Shown piece by piece: positions 1 through 8,023 of a stretch of DNA of 13,743 nt. The position numbers and the translations under genes were made by a program. How positions within the stretch are numbered: position 1 is the stretch's first letter; each line of letters begins with the position of its first letter. A model generated the notes under the pieces. It worked only from the letters and a program-made list of their open reading frames with translations, did no database searches and was not told the origin of the DNA. The DNA is from a bacterium (GTDB lineage: Bacteria; BMS3Abin14): NCBI GenBank assembly GCA_020349685.1, contig CP070698.1, positions 1,075,087-1,088,829 of the forward strand, given 5' to 3'.

Positions 1-497
1 AAGAACATGATGAGCACGACAGCGACCCAGAAAATGGGGAGGGTGTAGAGGATTAACAGCCCCACCGTGACTACACGGTCGCCCAGCGTACCCTGCTTCA
101 CAGCGGACAGGACGCCTATGGGAATGGCGATGAGATAGACGAGGAAGATGGAAATGAGGTTGAGCTCAATGGTGACCGGCAGCCGCTCCCCGATCTTTTC
201 GATAACGGATCGGTGGTCCTTGAAAGAGGTGCCAAAATCAAAGGTAACGGTGCGTCTGAGCCATATCAGGTACTGAACGTGCAGGGGCTTGTCCAGGCCG
301 TAAAGCTTGCGGGTCTGTTCCACTATTTCCTGGGTGACCTTGTCGCCCAGGACCGCCTGATCCGCGGAGAGACGCAGCTTCATGGCCGCCGGATCACCAG
401 GGGCAAGCTGGATCACCAGGAAGGTTACCAGTGTGATGCCCAGGAAGGTGGGAACGATCAGCAACAGGCGCCGTATGAGGTACTGTTGGAGTCTCAC
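1..497 (-). CDS. Peptide/nickel ABC transporter permease (OppB/DppB family), 3' end outside window
   Basis: Not in the ORF track. Manual translation from GTG at 497 gives MRLQQYLIRRLLLIVPTFLGITLVTFLVIQLAPGDP, the typical OppB N-terminus; later YGLDKPLHVQY and DFGTSFKDHRSVIEKIGERLPVTIEL. Lies directly downstream of the solute-binding gene. Confidence 0.92.
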   Translation of the reverse strand, partial: MRLQQYLIRRLLLIVPTFLGITLVTFLVIQLAPGDPAAMKLRLSADQAVLGDKVTQEIVEQTRKLYGLDKPLHVQYLIWLRRTVTFDFGTSFKDHRSVIEKIGERLPVTIELNLISIFLVYLIAIPIGVLSAVKQGTLGDRVVTVGLLILYTLPIFWVAVVLIMF

Positions 498-507
498 GTA
501 AAAATCA

Positions 508-537
508 GTCCAATGTCCAACGTCCAAAGTCCAAAGT
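508..537. repeat. Heptamer tandem array GTCCAAN x4
   Basis: gtccaat gtccaac gtccaaa gtccaaa gt, just upstream of the permease start. Confidence 0.85.
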
Positions 538-612
538 GAAAACCATTGAGGAACACCCTTTCCCAGGGCTTTGGTTTATGGTCCCCAAGTATAAATTCGT
601 ACAGCAACCATG

Positions 613-642
613 CTCTGTACTCTGCACCCTGCACTCTGGACT
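613..642. repeat. Heptamer tandem array CTCTGCA-like x4
   Basis: ctctgta ctctgca ccctgca ctctgga ct, just after the solute-binding protein stop. Confidence 0.85.
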
Positions 643-650
643 ACCAAAGA

Positions 651-2312
651 TCAGCGATAACGCTGATCTTTGGCCGGCACGTACCATTCGGTGGAGTCGG
701 GGCCGAGGGGGTAGACCTTCACGTTTTCATAGCGCTTTTCCAGCACCACCAGGCTGTCCCTGGAAAACAGGAACGTGTAGGGCTGCTCCTCGTGGAGTAT
801 CCTGTGGAACCGCCGGTACATGGCGGAACGTTTTTCGCGGTCAAATTCCGACCGGGCCTCCTCAATGATCCTGTCTGCCTCCCCGTTGACAAACCCCACG
901 AAATTGGATCCCCTTTCCGCCTGGCTCGAGTGCCAGACCTGATACGGATCAGCCAGAACGGGCAGGCTCCATCCCAGCGTGACAGCGTCAAAGGCCCGAT
1001 CATCGAGGAGCTGAGTAAACAGGGCCCACTCGAGCTGCCTGATAGTCATCTCGATGCCAACCTTCTTGAGGCTCTCCTTCAGAATGGTCCCGAGCTGCTC
1101 TCCCGTCGTGCTGCCTGAGGAGTAGGTAAACTCGAACCTGAAGGGGGTGCCGTCCTTATCGATGATCCCATCCCCGTCGTGGTCGGTCCAACCGGCTTCC
1201 TCGAGAAGCTTCAGGGCCCCTTCCGGGTCGTAGGGCAGCGGCAGGATCGACTTGTCATACTCGGGCGTGTCGATGAAGAAATTTCCCGACACCACCCTGC
1301 CAAGGCCGTACCAGATATTTTCCACAAACTCCTGCCGGTCCAGGAGCATGGTCAGGGCGCGTCTTACTTTTCTGTCGGCGAACATGGGCTTGCGGAGGTT
1401 CCACCCTACGTAACTGTACCCGAGGGACGGGTACCGGAGCTTGTCAAAATTGCTGTTGAACCTTTCACTGTCGGTCTGGCGGACCCACTGGATGGGTGTA
1501 AGGCCCATAAAATCCATCTCCTGTTTCTTGAGGACCTGGAGCGCCACCGTCGTGTCGGTGATGATCTTGAACACGATGCGGTCGAGGTAGTGTTTTTTCC
1601 CCCAGTAATCGGGATAGCGTTCAAGAACGATCTCCTTTCCTGTCTCCCACTTCACAAAGCGGTACGGACCCGACCCCACCGGCTCCCTGCCTGAGGGGTG
1701 GGCGTTAAACTCCTGCCCCTCGGAGCTCCCGAAGATGTGCCTCGGCAAAATGGAGAGCCCCCCGATCATGTCCAGGGCCTTGAAGTAGGGAAAAGCGTAG
1801 GTAAAGCGAACGGTTTTGTCGTCCAGGGCCTCCACCTTCTTCAGATCCTTGTAATAACTTCGCAGATGCGGAGCGTCCACCAGTGGATCTTTGACCCTGT
1901 CAAAGGTGTAGAGGATGTCCTCCGTCGTAAGAGGCTTTCCGTCCTGCCAGTGGAGACCCTCTTTGAGCGTAAAGGTGAACTGGAGCTTGTCCTCAGAGAC
2001 TTCCCAACTCTCGGCCAGGCGCGGTACAAGCTCCAGGGTCTCGTTGTCCAGCTGCAGGAGGCTTTCGTAAATGTATCCGTTGATGACGCTCTCGTACGCG
2101 TCGGTTGCCGTGATCGGGTTCAAGGTCGCTGGTTCGGATGACAGATGTCTTACCAGCCAGTCGCCGGTGACCATTTCTCCGGCCGTCTGTCCGGCCGGTT
2201 CCGCGACCCGGTCTTCCTTGGCCTTGCTGCAGGCGGATATCAGCAGGCTCATAAGGATGACAGGGACGACCGCCCTGGTTAACCATGTTTTTGACCTGTC
2301 TGACCTTGACAC
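651..2312 (-). CDS. ABC transporter peptide-binding lipoprotein (SBP family 5, OppA/DppA/AppA-like)
   Basis: Motifs EPATLNP, IYESL, PRLAESWEVS, WQDGKPLT, PVGSGPYRF, VRRAL. Start moved to GTG 2312, which has an AAGGAGG RBS and gives a signal peptide with lipobox ISAC. Confidence 0.93.
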   Translation of the reverse strand: MSRSDRSKTWLTRAVVPVILMSLLISACSKAKEDRVAEPAGQTAGEMVTGDWLVRHLSSEPATLNPITATDAYESVINGYIYESLLQLDNETLELVPRLAESWEVSEDKLQFTFTLKEGLHWQDGKPLTTEDILYTFDRVKDPLVDAPHLRSYYKDLKKVEALDDKTVRFTYAFPYFKALDMIGGLSILPRHIFGSSEGQEFNAHPSGREPVGSGPYRFVKWETGKEIVLERYPDYWGKKHYLDRIVFKIITDTTVALQVLKKQEMDFMGLTPIQWVRQTDSERFNSNFDKLRYPSLGYSYVGWNLRKPMFADRKVRRALTMLLDRQEFVENIWYGLGRVVSGNFFIDTPEYDKSILPLPYDPEGALKLLEEAGWTDHDGDGIIDKDGTPFRFEFTYSSGSTTGEQLGTILKESLKKVGIEMTIRQLEWALFTQLLDDRAFDAVTLGWSLPVLADPYQVWHSSQAERGSNFVGFVNGEADRIIEEARSEFDREKRSAMYRRFHRILHEEQPYTFLFSRDSLVVLEKRYENVKVYPLGPDSTEWYVPAKDQRYR

Positions 2313-2377
2313 GGAGTCCTCCTTGTCAGCATAATTGTTGCGTTCATCGAAACAAACTGCCACAGAAAGGGAAGCTC

Positions 2378-2956
2378 ATGGCTCTGTCGGATCGGAAAAA
2401 AGCTCTGACACTGGCTCTCCAGGATTCAGAAGAACTCGTCAAGGCAGCTGCGTCAAGAGCCCTCGACCGTCTCGAGGGTTTGGAGAGGCTGCCTGCCATA
2501 TCCGAGGCGGCCTCATCGGGGCAAAAACCGGACCGCATACGGGCCATCCACTTTCTCGGATTTCTCAACACCGACAAGTCGGTGGACCGCATGCTCGCCT
2601 TTCTCCAGGATCCCGACCCTGATATCCGTGTCGCCACCGTCAAGGCGGTCCAGACCTACCTGCCCGAACGGGCCTTCGTTCCCCTTCTCGGCAGCCTGGA
2701 AGATCCCGACGTCTCCGTTGTCCAGTCGGTCATAGAAGCCCTCTCACACTACAGGGATCCAAGGGTGACAGAGTTTCTCCTTCCTTTCCTTATTGGTTCC
2801 AACGCCGAAACCGCCTGTGTGACCGCCGAGGGTCTTGGCCGGAACGGCGACCCGAAAGCAGAACCTTACCTGATCAAGGTCCTTCAGGAAACGTCCAATC
2901 CTTTTCTTAAGGCCCGGACAGCCGAGGCGCTGGGGAACCTGAGACCGGACGCATGA
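2378..2956 (+). CDS. HEAT-repeat (PBS lyase-like) protein
   Basis: Repeated units LQDSEELVKAAASRAL, LQDPDPDIRVATVKAV, LEDPDVSVVQSVIEAL, ARTAEALG. ATG 2378 follows AGAAAGGGAAG; this start avoids overlap with the divergent gene. Confidence 0.88.
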   Translation: MALSDRKKALTLALQDSEELVKAAASRALDRLEGLERLPAISEAASSGQKPDRIRAIHFLGFLNTDKSVDRMLAFLQDPDPDIRVATVKAVQTYLPERAFVPLLGSLEDPDVSVVQSVIEALSHYRDPRVTEFLLPFLIGSNAETACVTAEGLGRNGDPKAEPYLIKVLQETSNPFLKARTAEALGNLRPDA

Positions 2957-2959
2957 GCG

Positions 2960-3060
2960 ATCTCAAAACTCACATCTCATATCTCAGAAAGAACCTTCTT
3001 AAGTGATCTCAATACCTCTCGGGGTTCCCTCTTTGAGATGTGAGACCTGAGATCTGAGAT
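2960..3060. repeat. Inverted pair of heptamer arrays, (ATCTCAN)4 ... (NTGAGAT)4, between convergent stops; possible bidirectional stem-loop
   Basis: atctcaa aactcac atctcat atctcag (2960-2987) and ttgagat gtgagac ctgagat ctgagat (3033-3060). Confidence 0.85.
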
Positions 3061-3066
3061 TCCGCC

Positions 3067-4443
3067 TTATTTGAAAACCACTTCCGGCGCCAGGTTGTAC
3101 AGCGCGGGGTCCACCACTCCGGCAACGGTTCTCCCCTGGACCTCGTCCTCGGCCAGGTCCAGTTCCCACGTCTCCTGAAGCACCGTCCCGTTCTCGTCCA
3201 CCAACATCCTGATGACAGGCTGACCGGAAGGACCCGCGGCTCGTATCACCGCTCCGATCTCGTTGCTGGTAAGACGGACCACCGACCCCGGAGGCCACGG
3301 GCCTGTCATGGCTTTGAAGGCTTTCACGTGAACGGGATCGAAAACGGTACCGCTGCCCTTCTCAAGGAAGGCAAGGGCCTCGACAGGATCCATGGCCCTT
3401 TTGTAGGGCCTGAGAGCCGTGACAGCGTCGTAAGTGTCCGCAATAGACACGATACCCGCCAGAGGCGGTTCCTGGATGCTGTCGAGTCCGGCCGGGTACC
3501 CGCCGCCCCCGTGATGAACGTGGTGTCGCTCCACCGCATAGACGACCTCATCGGGGCCGCCCATACCGTGGACGATACCCGCCGAGTGCACGGGATGGGA
3601 TTTGAACGTTTCCCGCTCGGCCAGGGTGAGGCTGCCGTGTTTGTGGGCCACCTGGGGGGGAACTTTCACCATGCCCGCATCGTGCATGAGACCTGCCAGG
3701 GCAGCCCATGCCACCTCCTGTTCTCCCAGTCCTTCCTGGTCCGCGAGAAGCATGGATAGAAGACAGACGTTCACGCAGTGCTGCTCTGTGTACCTGTCAT
3801 AGCCCTTCAAAGAGGGAAGAAGAAGGAGGGTTGCCTTTTCCCTGGCCAGGTATTTCCAGAAGGTCTCCACCACCTGAAGCGCTCTGTCTAAAACGGGCAG
3901 CCTGGCTTCGACAACCTCCCTGAAAAAAACAGTCACAGAACTCACGGCCTCGTGATAGGCGTTCACGATCTCACCGGTAAGATCGAGGCCCTCATCCGTC
4001 ACTACGAGCCCTTTGAGGCCGATGTTCTTCAGTTTCCTTTCCTCAGCGAGCCTGAGGAAAACCTCCCTGCCATGTTCCGCGCTCTTTAAAATGCCCGCAA
4101 ACGTGAGCAGATCATCCTGGGATACGTCCTGGACGATGGTCAGATCATCGATCTCGAAGGAGTTGAGGATCTTCAGAAAACTCTCCGAATAGGGAGTCGC
4201 CTCGCTGAACTGGTAATCGTCCACGAAAAGAACCCCATTGACGATTCCCAGGTTGATCTCCTTCTTTTCCTTCAGGATCTGTCCGAGATGGTCGAAGGCA
4301 CGCTGGGAGACTCCCCTGACGGATGGATGGTCATGTGGGTACACGGCCACGTTTTTAACCGTGGCTTCCAGGAACTTGATAACACCCCGGCAGCTCTCTA
4401 TATGCTTCGGATCTTCAGACAAAGTCAGCCTCCAGCGGTTCAA
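3067..4443 (-). CDS. HD-GYP domain protein (putative cyclic dinucleotide phosphodiesterase)
   Basis: YTEQHCVNV, LMHDAG (HD), HP, HHVHHGGGGYP (GYP), ADTYDAVTALRPYK, FDP, and a C-terminal PPGSVVRLTSNEIGAV extension. TTG start is uncertain. Confidence 0.9.
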   Translation of the reverse strand: MNRWRLTLSEDPKHIESCRGVIKFLEATVKNVAVYPHDHPSVRGVSQRAFDHLGQILKEKKEINLGIVNGVLFVDDYQFSEATPYSESFLKILNSFEIDDLTIVQDVSQDDLLTFAGILKSAEHGREVFLRLAEERKLKNIGLKGLVVTDEGLDLTGEIVNAYHEAVSSVTVFFREVVEARLPVLDRALQVVETFWKYLAREKATLLLLPSLKGYDRYTEQHCVNVCLLSMLLADQEGLGEQEVAWAALAGLMHDAGMVKVPPQVAHKHGSLTLAERETFKSHPVHSAGIVHGMGGPDEVVYAVERHHVHHGGGGYPAGLDSIQEPPLAGIVSIADTYDAVTALRPYKRAMDPVEALAFLEKGSGTVFDPVHVKAFKAMTGPWPPGSVVRLTSNEIGAVIRAAGPSGQPVIRMLVDENGTVLQETWELDLAEDEVQGRTVAGVVDPALYNLAPEVVFK

Positions 4444-4499
4444 TTACCGGATTAACGGTACCTCGTGAGCTGATTTCCAATTGCGGTGCTTTTGTTGTC

Positions 4500-4578
4500 G
4501 ATCAGCGGTCAGCGATCACGGCTGGCAGCTCACAGCTCATGGCTCTAATTCCTAGATACCAGACAGCAGTCATCAGTT
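4500..4578. repeat. Cluster of degenerate heptamer arrays (GATCAGC, AGCTCAC, CTAGATA/CCAGACA types)
   Basis: gatcagc ggtcagc gatcacg; agctcac agctcat ggctcta; ctagata ccagaca gcagtca tcagtta. Confidence 0.6.
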
Positions 4579-4720
4579 ACAAGTCCCAAGCATCGGGACC
4601 CGGGAACATCCAACACGCTGATCCTTGCCTCATTCGTTGCAATGGCTTAAGAGTTGGGGTATTGGTTAGTGTTTGGATCCGGTTCAATAAGAGATATTCA
4701 CCCGTCCAGAGGAGAATCCC

Positions 4721-5638
4721 ATGCCAGACCAGTCTCAATCAATAGCAAAAGAAGCGATCATAAGCACGGAACTGCCCGGGATACCTGTTTTCCGGAGAGG
4801 CAAGGTCCGCGACGTATACGATCTCGGTGAAAACCTGCTGCTGGTGGCCACGGACCGCATTTCAGCCTTCGACGTCATCATGCCCAACGGCATTCCGGAC
4901 AAGGGAAAGATCCTCACCCAGATGTCACTCTTCTGGTTCGACCGTACCGGTGACATCGTAAAAAATCATCTTGTGGCCCGTGAAGTGGGGGATTTTCCGT
5001 CCATACTTCAGCCCTACTCCGACCTGCTCGAGGGCAGGAGCCTCCTGGTTAAAAAAACGGATCCTTACCCCATCGAGTGTGTCGCGCGAGGCTATCTGGC
5101 CGGGGGTGGGTGGAGCGACTACCAGAGGGAGGGAGCCATCTGCGGCATCGAGTTGCCCCAAGGGCTGCAGCTCGCTCAAAGGCTCCCCGAGCCGATCTTC
5201 ACCCCGGCGACTAAAGCCGACACCGGGCATGATGTGAACATACCTTTCGATGAGGCAGCCAGGATCGTGGGGCGCGAGACCTTGACGCGGCTGAGGGATC
5301 TGACTCTTGCCCTCTACGAAAGGGCCAGGGCCCACGCCCACGATCATGGTATCATCATTTCCGACACGAAGTTCGAATTCGGCCGGATCAACGACGAGAT
5401 CATACTCATCGACGAGATACTGACCCCTGATTCCTCCCGCTTCTGGCCCGCGTCTTCCTACAAGGTGGGTGCAAGTCCCCTGAGTTTTGACAAACAGTAC
5501 GTCAGGGACTATCTCGAAACCCTCGACTGGGATAAAACACCGCCCGCCCCGGAGCTGCCGGAGGAGGTCGTGGTCAACACGCGGAAAAAGTACCTGGAAG
5601 CTTATGAACTACTTACGGGAAAGAAGTTTGAGGTTTGA
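4721..5638 (+). CDS. purC: Phosphoribosylaminoimidazole-succinocarboxamide (SAICAR) synthase
   Basis: GKVRDVY, ATDRISAFD, IECVARGYL, IFTPATKA, DTKFEFG, DEILTPDSSRFW, FDKQYVRD; RBS GAGGAG. Confidence 0.98.
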   Translation: MPDQSQSIAKEAIISTELPGIPVFRRGKVRDVYDLGENLLLVATDRISAFDVIMPNGIPDKGKILTQMSLFWFDRTGDIVKNHLVAREVGDFPSILQPYSDLLEGRSLLVKKTDPYPIECVARGYLAGGGWSDYQREGAICGIELPQGLQLAQRLPEPIFTPATKADTGHDVNIPFDEAARIVGRETLTRLRDLTLALYERARAHAHDHGIIISDTKFEFGRINDEIILIDEILTPDSSRFWPASSYKVGASPLSFDKQYVRDYLETLDWDKTPPAPELPEEVVVNTRKKYLEAYELLTGKKFEV

Positions 5639-5707
5639 GGAACAGGGAACAGGGAATAGGGAATAGGGAATTGGGAATAGGGAATTGGGAATAGGGAATA
5701 GGGAAAA
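5638..5707 (+). repeat. Heptamer tandem array GGGAAYW x~10
   Basis: aggaaca gggaaca gggaata gggaata gggaatt gggaata gggaatt gggaata gggaata gggaaaa, starting at the purC stop. A degenerate inverted copy (aattccc aatcctc aatccgc) lies at ~5746-5766. Confidence 0.97.
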
Positions 5708-5776
5708 GATGAACGATTCTGAAGGGTTGTCAATACTTTACCCGCAATTCCCAATCCTCAATCCGCATTAAACAAA

Positions 5777-6841
5777 ATGGATGCCGACCTAAAAAACTTC
5801 CTCCTTTCCCATGCTATCGAGGGGATCATCGTCACCGATATGGAGGGCAATATCCTCCAGAGCAACGAGACGGCCCAACTGATGCTCGGTTATCGGGGTC
5901 CGGACCTGCAAGGGCAGTTCGTCGGTTGTATCTTCCCTCCCAAGAGCGTTTCCCACCTTCTCTCCAACCTCCTATACCTGGCCGGATCCAAGGGTGGATT
6001 TGACGGCGACATCATCCTCCAGGACGCGGGCGGAGACAGCATCATGGTGCGCATGTCGGCCCAGGGGTGGCCGGCAAAGGATCCATCCCTGCTGCTCCTG
6101 CGATTCCTGGACTGGAGGGAAACCCAACAGATCATGAACCAGCTCAAAGAGTCCAGCCAGATGGCCAGCCTGGGTACCCTGACCAGGAGCCTGTCCCACG
6201 AGATATTGAACCCGGTTGCCATCATCGGGGGGCATGCGAGGCGTCTGCTGGAAACCATGCAGCCCCGTTCCAGGGAGGAGGAGCGGGCACGGCAGGTGAT
6301 AACGGCGGTGGAACGCCTCGAGTCGATGATCGAGACCATACGCACCTTCCTGGACCTCCCTTCGCCGTCTTTCGAGAAAGGTTCCGTCAGAGAAATGCTG
6401 AAAAAGTCCGTTAATCGAATTCGGAAGGACGCAGAAAAAATGGGTATCAGGGTCACCAGTGAGAGGGAGGACAGGACGCCGCGGATATTCATGGATCCCA
6501 TTCTTCTCGAAAAGGCCTTCTCCGCGGTTCTGCTCAACGCCCTGGACCGGATGCCGCATGGAGGCGACCTGACGCTTGGCCTGGGTTATGCGGATGGCCA
6601 CTGCCAGGTCACCATCGAGGACAGCGGTCCGACAGTTGATGCCTGGCAGATGGAAGAGGACCTGAGCCCCGTCCATGTCATTGGAGCCCACCGGGCCCAC
6701 CTCAACCTTGCCATCGCCAAACGGATCGTGGACGAGCACGGCGGGCGTTTCAACATAGGATCTTCACGCTCCGAAGGCCTGAGAATAATGATCCGGCTGC
6801 CTGCCGACAGGCGTGCCCTGGCCAGGGAGAGGGAGATGTGA
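5777..6841 (+). CDS. PAS-domain sensor histidine kinase-like protein with degenerate ATP-binding lid
   Basis: PAS (EGIIVTDMEGNILQSNETAQLMLGY), H-box SHEILNP, N-box LLNALD; G1 reads DSGPT and G2 reads AHLNL. Confidence 0.88.
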   Translation: MDADLKNFLLSHAIEGIIVTDMEGNILQSNETAQLMLGYRGPDLQGQFVGCIFPPKSVSHLLSNLLYLAGSKGGFDGDIILQDAGGDSIMVRMSAQGWPAKDPSLLLLRFLDWRETQQIMNQLKESSQMASLGTLTRSLSHEILNPVAIIGGHARRLLETMQPRSREEERARQVITAVERLESMIETIRTFLDLPSPSFEKGSVREMLKKSVNRIRKDAEKMGIRVTSEREDRTPRIFMDPILLEKAFSAVLLNALDRMPHGGDLTLGLGYADGHCQVTIEDSGPTVDAWQMEEDLSPVHVIGAHRAHLNLAIAKRIVDEHGGRFNIGSSRSEGLRIMIRLPADRRALAREREM

Positions 6842-6848
6842 GAAAGGC

Positions 6849-6942
6849 CGTGACTCGTGACTCGTAACTCGAAAAGACCGAGCGGCATCGATAATGGGGT
6901 AATTGTGGTTATCGAATCAAGAATTACGATTCACGAATCACG
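6849..6942. repeat. Inverted pair of heptamer arrays (CGTGACT)3 ... (GAATCAC)4
   Basis: cgtgact cgtgact cgtaact cg (6849-6871) and gaatcaa gaattac gattcac gaatcac g (6914-6942). Confidence 0.8.
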
Positions 6943-6952
6943 GTATGCCCCT

Positions 6953-6980
6953 TTGAGATCTGAGATATGAGATCTGAGAT
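6953..6980 (+). repeat. Heptamer array (NTGAGAT)4 containing the start codon of the next gene
   Basis: ttgagat ctgagat ATGagat ctgagat. Confidence 0.9.
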
Positions 6981-7353
6981 CAACATCGCACCCCTTTCCC
7001 GTCTCCGTTTTGCCGACGGCGTTCTCCTGCTTCTCCTCGCAGCGCTGACGGCCCTCTCCCCGAGGTTTCTGCCCGCCGGAGCGATTGGCGAACAGCTGAC
7101 CGTAACGGCAATGGATTCGGTCACTGAAATACCGCTGGGTGTCGATGGACGCTACCAGATTCCAGGTCCGCTGGGGCCGGCAGTCCTCGTTGTCGAGAAC
7201 GGCCACGCCCACCTGGAAAACGCTCCCTGTCCCCTGAAAATATGTGAAGCCATGGGTTCCATTGAACGAAGCGGGCAGGTGATCGTCTGCCTTCCCAACC
7301 GCATCGTGGTCAAGGTGCAGGGCCCGGAGGAAGTGGATGCGGTCTCCCGCTAG
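6967..7353 (+). CDS. NusG domain II-containing protein (DUF1312; EetA-like)
   Basis: N-terminal hydrophobic helix (DGVLLLLLAALTAL), GPLG, APCPLKIC, IVCLPNRIVV, C-terminal VDAVS; paired with a Gx transporter gene. Confidence 0.88.
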   Translation: MRSEINIAPLSRLRFADGVLLLLLAALTALSPRFLPAGAIGEQLTVTAMDSVTEIPLGVDGRYQIPGPLGPAVLVVENGHAHLENAPCPLKICEAMGSIERSGQVIVCLPNRIVVKVQGPEEVDAVSR

Positions 7354-7867
7354 GATAACCACCCTCGCCCTGCTGGTAGCCGGGGCCTTCGCTCTGGCCT
7401 CCCTCGAACGGGTCCTCCCCAACCCCTTTCCCATGATCCGCCTCGGGCTCGGGAACATAATGACCCTGGTGGCTTTCGTGACCCTTGGTGCCAGCGGCGG
7501 CGCATGGGTGACAGCCGGAAGGGTGAGCCTGGTGGCTGTCCTGTGGGGAGGGGTCTTTTCCCCTACCGCTGTGCTCTCCGCAGCTGGAGGAGCGGCCAGC
7601 CTGCTGATCATGATCCCCCTCTTTTTATCCGGGCGCTTCTCCCTCTACGGCGTCAGCATGGGCGGGGCCTATGCCCACATCCTTGGCCAGCTGACCGTGG
7701 CGATCCTCCTCTATGTGCGCTCTCCCGGCCTGCTGGCCCTGATGCCGGTGATGGGCGGTGCGGCCATCGCGACGGGCCTGTTCAACGCGTGGGCAGCGGG
7801 AAAGCTGGCTGGGGTGTTGGTAACTCAGAACGCAGGACGCAGCACGCAGCACGCAGTAGACCGGTAG
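7337..7867 (+). CDS. Gx transporter family / heptaprenyl diphosphate synthase component I-like membrane protein (EetB-like)
   Basis: LERVLPNPFPMIRLGLGNIMTL, SAAGG, SLYGVSMGGAYAHILGQL; several hydrophobic segments; overlaps the upstream gene by 17 bp. Confidence 0.88.
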   Translation: MRSPARITTLALLVAGAFALASLERVLPNPFPMIRLGLGNIMTLVAFVTLGASGGAWVTAGRVSLVAVLWGGVFSPTAVLSAAGGAASLLIMIPLFLSGRFSLYGVSMGGAYAHILGQLTVAILLYVRSPGLLALMPVMGGAAIATGLFNAWAAGKLAGVLVTQNAGRSTQHAVDR

Positions 7868-7891
7868 AATGCGGGATGTAGAATGTAGATC
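7830..7891 (+). repeat. Heptamer arrays (ACGCAGN)4 and GTAGAAT-like x4 spanning the Gx gene stop
   Basis: acgcagg acgcagc acgcagc acgcagt; gtagaat gcgggat gtagaat gtagatc. Confidence 0.85.
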
Positions 7892-7923
7892 ACAGTATGA
7901 GATAAAAAGTTAACGCAGGAGCT

Positions 7924-8023
7924 TTATTTAACAGGGATAAAGGGGATTAAGACAATAAACAGGACGATGGAGATGATCTTTGATTTTCCCATCCCTTCCA
8001 TCCCCTTCATCCCTGTTGAATAA
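7924..8023. repeat. 100-bp element with 24-bp imperfect terminal inverted repeats built from 9-bp units (REP/MITE-like, possible terminator)
   Basis: ttatttaacagggataaaggggat (7924-7947) versus atccccttcatccctgttgaataa (8000-8023): 22/24 complementary; right arm units atcccttcc atccccttc atccctgtt. Confidence 0.85.

Noticed and set aside
213-2334. Plus-strand ORFs over the ABC transporter genes (e.g. 546-1118, 1179-1694, 1698-2141)
   Set aside because: Antisense shadows of GC-rich genes; no recognisable motifs or RBS.
2285-2377. Longer ORF-track starts for the solute-binding protein (2363) and HEAT protein (2285)
   Set aside because: They overlap head-to-head; internal starts at 2312 and 2378 have better RBSs and give sensible N-termini.
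4444-4720. Possible riboswitch (purine, ZTP, PRPP or c-di-GMP) between the HD-GYP gene and purC, or the 68-aa ORF at 4539-4745
   Set aside because: No consensus motif recognised by eye on either strand, and the ORF starts in repeat sequence. An Rfam/Infernal scan would be decisive.
5638-5707. CRISPR array or telomere-like repeat
   Set aside because: Units are 7 bp with no spacers and no cas genes nearby; the array is internal to a bacterial gene cluster.
7333-7353. C-terminal VDAVSR of the NusG-II protein as an ApbE flavinylation site
   Set aside because: Lacks the required [S/T]GA[S/T] motif; the protein ends right after it.
5890-7611. Long minus-strand ORFs (5890-6537, 5972-6739, 6931-7611)
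   Set aside because: Antisense to well-supported plus-strand genes, with no family motifs.
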